Below, piece after piece: positions 15,808 through 27,800 of a DNA stretch of 64,000 nt. Position numbers and translations under genes: made by a program. The stretch lies in contig CM074512.1 of NCBI GenBank assembly GCA_037379345.1, positions 68,407,597 through 68,471,596 on the forward strand. Direction: 5' to 3'. Numbering within the stretch: position 1 is the first letter of the stretch; each line of letters opens with the position of its first letter. The DNA comes from Perna viridis (lineage: Eukaryota). Below the pieces are notes generated by a model, which searched no databases, was not told the origin of the DNA, and saw nothing but the letters and a program-made list of their open reading frames with translations.

Positions 15808-18800
15808 TGTATCACTGAATGTTCCATTAATATCCATTTTAATACATGAGTATATTTTCCATTTATTCTTTACAAGTTGTAGCCCGTTATTCAGCATGTT
15901 TAGTTCATTTTGTGGTATCTGTGATCAACAATATACGTTTTTTCTGCCTGACCATGCATATAGAAAGATGGATTCTCTAATTTCTTGGGATCTATATGCA
16001 TGCAATTTCAAATTACTTAATTGTTTTTTAAACTCCAAACAATCTAAAATACTAGGTGAAAATTTATTAAAATGATAGTGAATGTGATTGAATTCTTTTA
16101 TGTCTCCATGATAAATGAAGAGGTTTTTAATTTAGGTTTATATTAATTCTTTCAAATGAAATAAACTATGTAAGTTGAATTATGCTTTAAAGTTCAGATT
16201 TTGATAATGTTATTGAAAACAATCATTAGAAAATGGTTTTGCTCCTAGAATCACAAAAGGTTGTTAAATCTTTATAAAGCAGTTTATTACCTTTACAAAA
16301 ATACAATTTCCTAAAAAAAAAAAAGCAATCTCAAAGAAAATTTAATCAACACTTATATATTTCATCCAATATTAAAAATAGATTATATATAGATTAGTAT
16401 TTAGACAGTTTGACCTTATGACCCTGAAAATGTTTTCTCAATTTATTGCTTTATCAAGAGCACAAATCATTTTTGATTGAATTTTTAGATGCTTGAATTA
16501 AATAGTTAATGTAAAAAGGAAGTCTCCTTTCTGTGTTGGTCAAAATATAATGACTTCTCTACAATAAAACATAAAAGTTCAATAGAAATGGATGTATGTA
16601 CTAAAATAAGAAGTTATCAAGCTTGTAACAATATGTTCTACACAATATTAAAACATAATGGGTTGTAGGAGGAGATATTTCAGTGCTTTCATGTAAGATA
16701 TAACTTCCATGGAGGTTAATTGTATTTGTAATGTTTTTGGGTCTGGAGATTTTGTCTATGTCTGCCAACAATGTCTCTCTGTCTGTTTACCTGAGTAGCA
16801 GCTCCTTATTACATCTCAGGGTTGCATTGTTATCCTTTTATGATGGCTTCCAGTGGTTGATCCAGAAATTCTGAAAAAAGTTTGCTGGCTGACTTGCCTA
16901 TGGTGGCTATATACTGTGTACTGTTGTTCATATGTTGGTTGCTCACACTTCAGAACTCAAAAATACTCTCATCATTTTGTTTGCAAATTTAGTGAAATGT
17001 TTTACCGTATGATTTCTTTTTTAGTTTTTATTCTATACTTTTCTGAGTTAAGAGACTTTATTTTATCAGACTTTTACTGATAAATGCTTCTGGAAATGAT
17101 TCTTATTTTTTGTATAATGTTGGTCATCATTTCAAAGTTAAAGGGGGACAGTGTACATGTAATGCTGCAGTTTACTTTTATCTTGAGCCTCTTTCAGATT
17201 CTTCCTACCAATTTCTTCTTGTTTAGTATATCTGAGTAGTAAATATGGCCTTACATTTGTCATTTAGTTTTTTTTATGTTTTTTTGTGGTGGGAGAGCAC
17301 TTAGGAAACTGTATTTGTGTTCCTTAGCCTCTCAATGTCTGCAATAAAATAGTGATTTGACCCTTGTCCCAAATGTCCCAAATAAGTGACCTTCTATATC
17401 TCAGTAATGTTTTATTCACCTTGGTAGTCTAAAAAAATTACATTTTAACATTAAACATAAAATTGCTATCTAAATGGTTGAAATAGATAGCTTTGTTTAC
17501 ATTCTAAAGCTACAACTTAATAAGTTATGTGAACTTTCCATTAGGCTTTTAAGCAATACAAATTGATGCACTTCTAAAATCTAATTTGTAACCAATATTT
17601 CGGCCTATTAAATCTTTTTTCCCTTTTACAAATTATCAGAGGTTATTGAAAACAGTTTTAAAAGGCTTGTTTGGATTAATGGGCTGTAAATCTAAATTAT
17701 ATGTGAGGTGCATTTCTTGTCTGATACTAGATTCTGTTTAATGGATGGATCATAACTTCTTTAAAAGTTTTTTTTACCTAAGAAACACCCTTAAAGTGAA
17801 TAAACAGGCCCTGATTGAATGGGAAGTCACATGGAATGGACTATATGGAGCATGTAGTGATTCATTCAGTTCATAACATCAATGTAGTTCTCTCTTGTGT
17901 TCCTAAGATGTGGTTGTTAGTTTGGTTCAGAATATCGATGCCTGTCGTATCGTCACCTCCTGTTTTAAGCAATTACCTGTCTAAAATGTTTCTTTTATTG
18001 CATTCTGTGTAAAGATTAACCTGTATATAAAGGTCACATGTCTTATGTGACCATGATTTTGCTCTCTGTTGGAAGGTCACATAAGACAGGTTTCACAGTT
18101 AAAACTCCTTTATATTTAGGTCATTATTAAATTTTGACAATTTTTGTATTTTTCTTTTATGTGCATATATTTTGATCTCAAAACTTTACATAATTGTAAG
18201 AATATGTGGTGTTTTTAGAATTATTTAGGAATGACTGATATATTTTTTCGGTCCATGAAGAAATAACCTTGATCATGTGGTGCACACTAAATATTTTTTT
18301 TATGTTATTTTCAAATGTGCACTGCGGGCATTGAGGTTATTTCAAAAAGACTGAAAAATTATAACAGTCATTTGTTATAATTTAATTTAAGTGCCAAATA
18401 TCAACCAGTAACTCATTAAAAAGTTTGATGACATCAAAGTCATTACAAAATTTGGTCCATTATTTTTTTTATCCATTTAGAAACCATGTTACTTCTGAAA
18501 TTAAATTATTCTCTATTTCCCCAACCTTAAGTAATAAAATATGGCATTTAGTCTGACTGTTTTCACTTATACATGTAGAATGTGTGTTGTATATTTGATG
18601 ATACACTTTAAATATTTTGACAGCTCAAACTTTAAGAAACCTTTATAAGAGTGTTTTGAAATTTGGTATGCATGTGACTTGTGTGGAATTATTTTGCTTT
18701 TAGTTTAGGTCAAATTAAAATGTTCAGTATTTTTAGTTATTGTATCAAAATCCTGAATTTTATAAGTATTACTATATTAATTTTGTTGGTATACATTCAG

Positions 18801-21800
18801 ACTCTGTTCTTTTCTTCAAGTCAAATACATGCATAGGCAGATCCATTGAGAGGGGGGGGCTTATGAATTTGAACATTTATAAAAATTGTCAAAGATATTA
18901 TTTGTGCCCTCCCCCCCTTTCCTTGCCCCCTTCCTTGCCCCCTTCAGCAAGCGATTTGCTTAAACTGCCACTGACATATATATACCGGTAAACACATTAC
19001 CTTGACCTTTCCACCACACCAAGGTCAAATGCCCATTTGCATGATGAATGTCTTTCTAAATCTATTAGTGCCTAATATTCTTCAATAACTGCATTTTATT
19101 TTCCGAAATCCTTTTTGATGTTTGATGGTTTGAACCCTTCATTACTTACAATGTATTTATAATAACCATCAGAACTGTAAGCGGGTTAGTTTTTCTGTTG
19201 ATGATACAAATATTCAATAAATGTAAATGCATTTATTCAATGACAAGATTTTGCTTTATCATGCTTGAAAATGAATTTAAGTTGCATTGAATTTTATTAA
19301 ATTATACACTCATATGTATATAAAGGAAATATAAAGGCTTATTATAAAATACGTATCTGTTTACTTTTGGATGGCCATTCTGTTTTCCTACTCTTTTCAT
19401 TTCATTTATATATTAAAGGTAGATCAGATATAAAGGCATTTTTTTATATAGGTTCTGTAGGGAATTTTCAATATTTCCCATACCATAAAAAACTGGACGA
19501 TATAATTTCATGTTAATTTATATAAAGAACACTTAAATGACATTCTTTCATATTTAAAAAAAGAAAATTGGGGGTCACCATACTTTTTTCTTGCAGGGGT
19601 GGAAAATATTTTCATAACATTTTTCTTTGCTACTATAAATCACAACTACTAAATATTTGGTACACAACTATACTATGGAGTCCCATATCATGGGATTTGA
19701 TTTCAGGTCTTCACACTTCTTCTTCTTGTTCACTTTACAGGAACCCAGTCATTTCGTGTCTTACCCATTTTTATGTTAAAATGGGGATAAATAGGAATGT
19801 ATGTGTATATATATTTCATGTTTAAATATTTTCAACAGGTCTTGATCCCTTATTTTAATGTAGAATTCAAAGGGCATTTACAGTTAAACTCAAATTAGGA
19901 ATTCAAAAGGCAAGTACAAAAGCAATGCAAGGAAAACAGTGTTTTAAAAAAAAAAACACAGAAAAATCAAAGTAGAATATGAAATGAACAAGCAACTTGG
20001 ACTCCACTGGAAAGTGGGAGAATAGACTGGGGGCAATTGTAGGGTTATCTGATGTATTTCGTTTTATTTTTCAGATTAGGCTGGGAATGGTATATGGAGT
20101 GAGTGGTATTTTACTACACCAATCAGAAAATAGTATCTACTATGAGTATGCTGGTTGTGGAGGTAGGCATTCATCCCCTTTTTCTATTTCCTCAACTTTA
20201 AGATGATATATATAGTCAGGAATTCTTCTAAGGCTCAGCTCATTTAGGACCTTTGAGTAGGCTGTAGGCCAGCGCATGGACAACACAGGAGTCCAGTCAC
20301 TTGAAGGACTTATATTTCTTTGGTTATATTAATCTTTTTGGTTCCAAGCCTCCACCAAATGCCTTTTAACCTGTAAATGAGTAATCCATTTAGGTAGTCA
20401 TTCATTGCTTCAGTAACTAGTATTACAAAATTCTTAGAGTTAGGATATTCTTTAATTTTTTGTTCTTCTGGCAAAGTTTTCTGATATAGTATTTGGCTAG
20501 TAAAATTACGGGTAACCACAAGTAAACCTGCACATAAATCTCAGAGGTTGATCATGATGGCAAATACAAAACATAAACAAACAAAAACAGAAATAAAACA
20601 ACATCCAAAAATGTATTTCAACAAAAAAAAGTACAACTGAGCAACAGTGATTCTACAAAAACTTTTAGGGGGTATTGATCAGGTGCACTGGTAGGGTAAA
20701 TGTCAACATCAGATCTATGAGTGGAATAGGACAAATCATTCTCAATTTTTGTTCATGTCTTCATTTTATTTTGAACAGACCACCCACAGAAGTATCCTTT
20801 ACCTGTTCTGACAGTGTATGGACCAGTTGCTGAACAGCTGATGTCTAATTACATAACTAGTAGTGGGTAGTTCATACATAGTAGAGTCTATAAACATATC
20901 CTTATGAATGTATACACCTACTTGTTTTTGTCAGAAATCTTTTAAACAGGTGCTTGCAAAATTTATTTTTTTTAAATTAACATTAAGTGCACCTTGAATT
21001 TAATTAATCAAGGAAGTCGCGAGGGGGACATGGAAATGCCGGGCATCCATTTGTCCATCCGCATTTTCTGCATTTTTTTTTGTTATACTTTTACCAAATA
21101 AGTGTGTTTTTGGTATGTGGCCTTATTATGAAGAGTTACAGATTAAGTTCAACTTTGGTTACAGTTGAATGATTTTTACAGAAATTATGGCTCTTGAACT
21201 TGGAAAATTTCAGTGAATTTACAGTTTTCTTCACTGTTTTTTGTAATGCTTTCACCAATTGATTTTAAATTACTATGAGAAGTTACAGATTAAATTTGAC
21301 TTTGGTTAGGGATAATTGACTTTTATGGAAGTTGCGGTTCTTGGAGTTAGAGAATTTCAGTGAATTTAAAGTTTTCCTCACCTTTTTTTTTCTCGGGAGA
21401 CATTGGAACACTGTTCTTTTATGTGATTGGTTATAACATTGAAGTTTTTTTTTTATTCAGGGAACAAGAAAATCAACATTCAGATGACAGGTCATTATAT
21501 CCAGATGGAGAGGAGAGTGAAGAATATTGTGGGCAGTATCACAGGAGATTTAGAAAGAGGTAGGGGGAAGAAATATGTATCAACAGAAACTTCAGTTCAA
21601 GGTTACTCATTAATTCTTTATGCAGTTTGGGGACATTCCATAGTTTGGCATTTATATGTGCAACATGAATATAACACAAAATCATGTTGTTCATACAATA
21701 TAAAACTTAACCCAATTACAAAGTATAACATTACAGGACTAGGTTACCTAAATTTTCCATCTGTTTGTAAAAGATTTCTTTTTGGAACAAACCATGCATA

Positions 21801-24800
21801 TATCAGTAAAAAAATAGATACTATATAAAAAATCCTTAAATTAAGTTCACTCCAAAATAATAAAAAAAAAAGGGAGAGCAAACACTTTATGGAAATTAGA
21901 TAATTATATATACTGGACAAAATTCATGAACTCGAAAATGTTACCTTTGATTTTCAATCATTACAAAATTCATTTTATAAATTTACATTTCCTTATACCC
22001 CACCTTGTCTGTTTGTTCTTTATTCTCTCCATCATTCCGTCTGTCTAAATTTTGTCACAATTATATTCACCCTCAATAAATAGATTGATTTCAACTTTGG
22101 TATGTGACCATAATATAGATGGAGAAAATGTTTTAAGTGGATTTTGTTGCTTTCAAATATAGACATTCTGTTTCATTAGAATTTACCCATTTTTCACTCT
22201 GGTAGGAGTAACGAATACCTAGCATGACAAAGCATGAAATTTCGTGTATTTTTTACAGATAGATTTGTTATGGTTGGATCATCAAGATCATCTGCAATAG
22301 GAACAAGCTACATGTTAGAGTTAGCTAGAAGTCTGAAAGATATGCAGAAAGTCAATGGTTGGATACCAAGGCGTAGTATCAAATTTTATTCCTGGGACAA
22401 TGACAACATATTAAATCTTGGCTTGAAACAGTACACTGAGGTAATAAATGTTCCAAGTCAGAAACAGTACACTGAGGTAATAAATGTTCCAAGTCAGAAA
22501 CTGAACATTTTACATTCATCACCGCTAACATTTTGCATTGTAAAATGATATGGCTCTGTTATTGTCTGTGCCATTGTCTATACACAGGAAAATTAAATCA
22601 CATGATTTTCACACAAATTTCACCTGAATTTAGCAAAGTGTGTGACAGTGTTCACATGAAATTGGGTGAATCGAGCCTTCACATGAAATTCATTTTAAGT
22701 GAATTTAACATGAAAATCACATGAATTTCATGTGAAGCTCATTTAACATGAATTTCACATGAAAAGTATTTGTCTGTGTAGATATTTGATAACTTCAGAT
22801 TTATTCAAGGTTTCATACTTCGATAGGAAGTTTGGGAATGTTTTTGGCCTGTAGATCTAACTATTTCAATAGAATATTGAAAAGTCAGTTGTCTTCAATA
22901 TACCATAATACGATATGCCTTTTCTAACCCTGCAGTTGTATTGAGGTATTAATTAAACTGAATTTGATTTTAGTGAAAAAAATTTTGATAGGCTGAATAA
23001 ATCCATGTATTTAGAGTTTTGTTATCATTTTATAACTGTCAGAATTATTTCAAATCAAATTAGAGAGAGTATCAACCTTTAATGTATCATAGTATTCATA
23101 GTTTCACTAAATTTTTAAGGTTTTACCTTCATTATGATATCAGGCTGTGCCCACAGTGCATTGCTTTATGTATTTGTGTGTCTGTCTGTCTGTCTGTCAC
23201 ACTTTCGTTAACTTAACTTTTCAGAAACTACTGTACCAAATCTCGTTAAACTTTATAGGTAGTTTGGACATGATATGTAGTTGAACATATTACCAGAATT
23301 ATATGATCCATTGAATTTTGTGGAAGTTATACCTTTTTTTTGAACTTTTGAAAAAGAGGGGGAGACATGTATTTGAAGGCAAATACAAACTTTAATTTAG
23401 GATGTTGTTTGCCAATGAAGCATTACTTAGGGAAGGGAAGCCAGTAGATCCATTTTGTTTTCACAAGACAGATCTCAGTTTGGTAGTTCAATAAATAACA
23501 TTGTTCGAGAATAAAATTAAATCATTTTATATTTTCAGTAGTTCAGTTCACGTTATGTTGATTTATAGCAAACAGCAGAAAATTAATTTGAAGCATTTCA
23601 TGTATTTGCATAAATTGATAACAAAATTTCCATAGTTGTGTGACACTGTTTAAAGTTAAGATGTTTTAGAGCTTAGTTATTTATTGTTTTTGAAAATTAT
23701 TGTTTTTTTTCACTTTGTATTTGACCTTTTTCATCTTTCAGTTACAGAATGTAGAGACTGAATCACCGATTGTTGGATATATTGACCTTGACCTTATTCA
23801 AACTGGTATCCATTCCCAGTGGTTACAGATTAATGGAAATGTTATGTTTGAGAAAGTTGTCAAACATATTGTTAAAGAGGTAAAGATTTGTGGCTGTGTT
23901 TATATTTATGCTTTTAGCAAAGCTGATGTAATTCTTTGTCTCGTTTACTTGAATAAGTCTCCTCTTGAAAGATTGATTACATCTTTGTGCCTCTGATGTC
24001 TGTCATTTGTAGACTATTCTACGATGGTTTCAACCACTGTATCAAGTGTAAATCTGAGTATTCTTACTACATTTCTAAAATGAAAATAGACTTCTCTGGA
24101 CAGCAAGATTATTGAAATAATCCTTTGACAGTGGATTATACGATGAAACTCTAAACTCTGTGTCACTGCGTATTAGAATCATTTACTTGTTCAGGAACAA
24201 ACAAAACAATAATGAAGAAAAAACCATCCAAACAAATAAATAAAACAAAAACTGCCCTTGAAATATCTTTGAGTTTGAATGAGAATTTTTTACTATAGAA
24301 ATTAATGGACACATTCAATGCAAAGAAAAAATGAAACTTTCATGGTTTTTCTCATATTTCTAAAATGCAGCTGATTTATTACACTTTGAACTATTCACTG
24401 TTATTGTTAATGATCCACACTATTATAACTGATACATTGGAATGTTATATTAATACATTATTATGCCCTCGCCAACGAAGGGATATATTAGGTAATATTA
24501 TACTTCATACACATATCTTGAATTCTGATTGGGTACTGGATGATGTGATATTTTAGTCTAATCCTGCACATCCTTACTTGCCCCGCTCCCACTGAACAGT
24601 GATTGGCTGCTTGATATATCACCTGACGTCAATGATATATCACCCTCTCCACCGGAAATAGTGTTTCAGACCCAAAAGCGTTCCGGATTTTAAAATTATT
24701 TTTGCACTTCCATAAACACCAGACGACAGTCAGTCAAATTCAGTCTGTTGTATTTTCTTAATTATGGCGATGTTCATCAATGTTAGTGAGGATGATATAT

Positions 24801-27800
24801 AGCAACTTCTAGCTGGCAAAGATTCAAAACATACTAAAAGAGCAGTTGAATGTTCTGTGAAAAGTTTCCACAATATTTGGAACAGAAGGGTGTCAATTCC
24901 AATTTTGAAACTTTCACCAAGCCAGACCTAAATGAGCATTTGAGAACTTTTTACGCTTCAGCTTGAAATAAAGATGGTAAATCAATGAAAAAGAATACAC
25001 TAGTTTCTCTGAAATATGGACTTTCTAAGTATCTGAATGATGAACTTGAAATAAGCCTAAAAAATGACACTACACTACTACATTCACAACATCCAACAAT
25101 GTGTATTCAGCAGTGGTTGCTGAACTAATCGTTGAAACATAATTTATATTTAATTTCAGTCAATGATATGTTAATGATATATCACACTTTCGTATTCAGT
25201 ATAATATAAGACGTACTGCCTGTAGTAGAGGCTGTTACATTTTGTATCACAAAAAGTAAATATATTACCCTTGACTTAGTCTCAGGTGATATATTTACCT
25301 TGTGCGATACTCTAGTGTAACACCCTCTCCTACAGGCAGTATGTGTATACTGTACATATATTTGTCCTCTAGTTCTTCTATTTCATATCCATTTATTTAT
25401 AAGCTATACAGTATTGTTAACAAGTTTTTCTCTTTTTTTTCAAAATCATAGGTCAAAGTTCAGGATTACAGTCAGAGGTTTATTCCACATCTGGAAGTCT
25501 AATAATTTTTCACTGATTAAAGATCTAATAAGATTTATAGAGCATAGCACTTCTACAATACTCTTTAATTTGAAATTTTCAGATACCAGATCCACACAAT
25601 GCCAACTTAGTTTTAGATGATACTTGGGATGGTAGAGTTCAGCCTGTGCGAACAGACACTGAGCTGCAAGTGTTGGCTGTCCCAGTACTACATGCAGCAG
25701 TGGCACAAACAGAGAATTTCACTGAGGTATAAGGCTTACTTTAAAACTAGTGCACAAATAGTGGTAGTGGAAATCATTATACAAAAGTTATTGGAAATTA
25801 TGTTACAATTTAAACCTTTTAAATGTCTTTGACCACAATTAAATTAATGTTTTCTTTTCTAGGTTTTGGTTCGGTAGGTAGGGAAATTTTTTTTTTTCAC
25901 ATAGTTCATATGATTTTGTAAAAACCATAATAAAAAATGTTCATTGGAAAATCAGAGATAAAGAATCTTGTCAGAAAATGGCTGTAAAATTATTTGGGTA
26001 GGGCCAGGGTGAGGGGAAACAAACTTAATTTTAATTTTGGCCTTATAAATATAGAATAATAGTTACTTTCAATTTTGATACTGACAATGTTATGTGGACC
26101 AGCATGTGAGTAGGAGTTTATGTATTTCATATGGTATTGTCAGTATCAAAATTGAAATTAAATATTATTCTGGTCATTGGTTATCCTATTAATTGGCACT
26201 ATAATCATTTTGGACTAATAGTCTACTTTAATCACACATAAATATAATAGTTATCCAAGGCAAGTGTAATTTTGGTGTGAGAAAATTATTTGGTTCTACC
26301 TTCCTATTGGTAAGAAGATAACTTGAACTTCTGAAAGGATTTGTTAAGTTCAGAAAGCAAACTTTAATTGTGGGAAAGTATATCGTTATTTGTAGTTTTT
26401 CTGTAGAAACTGAATTTTTTTTAATCCTAGAAAACTATATAAACTCATGTAACAATGCATCATTTCTCAAATTTTTGTGCACATAAAATTGACTCCTTGG
26501 TGCAATATTTTAAAGAAGCATGAAAATGGATACCCCACAATGAATAGTTCTTCCATGGTATTAGTTTTTTTTTTTTCATGTATTTCAGAAATCAGATGAA
26601 GTCCATCACCACATGTATAGTCTGGCAGTGGCTAGAGTTTCTTCCCTTGTAGCACTGAGACTGTTAGATGAGGAACTTTTACCATTTAGTATTAAAAACT
26701 ATACAGCTGAAATTTATAACAATATTGTACAGATTATACAATTTGTAAAAGATAATTTGATGGGAACACGTAAAACAAGTAAGTATTGATTTTTTATCTT
26801 GCAAAATAAAAGAAAATATTTTAAATGTTCCACATATTGTTCCCTTTTAAAACAAAAATTGTAGTACACTGCAGAATAATAAAATTACATTTCAGATCAA
26901 CATAAAATGAGTCATTACAACATTAATAGATAGGCCTAATCTGACTTTTGGTGCTTTGAAAATATTTTCAAAGCAAAGGAATATTTGATAAATGCCATAC
27001 GAAATAAATTTGTCTAAGGTTCTAAGGTGGTTTAAAAAAAAAATGATGCTTTTTAAAATGTATTTATTATGTTATTTATTATATTTTATTTCAATATTAT
27101 CATTTTTTTGTCAGAAATTTGTAGACAAATTATTTTGTGAAATATCTCATGATTAATATTGCTCAAACTGATAAATATTTACTATACAGTTCAGAAATGA
27201 AGCATGAGGAGTAAATGTTGTGAATGATACTTCATCAAAATCCTGATAGAGTAAACAGTTTTGCACAATATATATGCCATGTTTTAATTAACATCAAATA
27301 TCTGTTGAACTACTTTTGAAACTTCCTGTCATGCATACAATCCTAAAACTGTTTTCAGGCCAGACACAGGTTTTCTTTTTCACCATGGAATAATCACAAA
27401 ATTAGAAGTGTTTCAGAACCTAGTATATAGTTTTTTTTTGAGCAGATTTAAACCTCTTCAAACAGAAAACAGAAAATTAGGAAACAGTTATTGAATCAAT
27501 AAACTGTGAATAATCATACAATTTTTGTCCTTTTTTAGTTCAATTAGATAGACTACTTGCCAGAGCTGAAGAGCTAAAGAATGCTGGCAAGACATTCACA
27601 GAATATATACCAGAGATTCTCAAGTCAGATGATGTTCTGGCTGTTCGGAGAATTAATGATGCTATGATGAGATTAGGGAGAATTCTTTCTATGTCAAAAA
27701 TAAATAGGTGAGGGGAAATTATATCAATCAATTTTTATTTGTAGTTGTATTTTATTCTGTTGTCTTCAATGTCATCATTGTTTCCTGTTTGCATGTTTTG

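Noticed and set aside
15617-16075. 152-aa Cys/Val-rich ORF and its antisense His/Thr-rich ORF
   Set aside because: Produced by the (GT)n microsatellite and a flanking repeat
21360-21563. ORF in the alternative frame over the exon at 21461
   Set aside because: Only the other frame (NKKINIQ...NIVGSITG) shows M28B homology and fits splice phases
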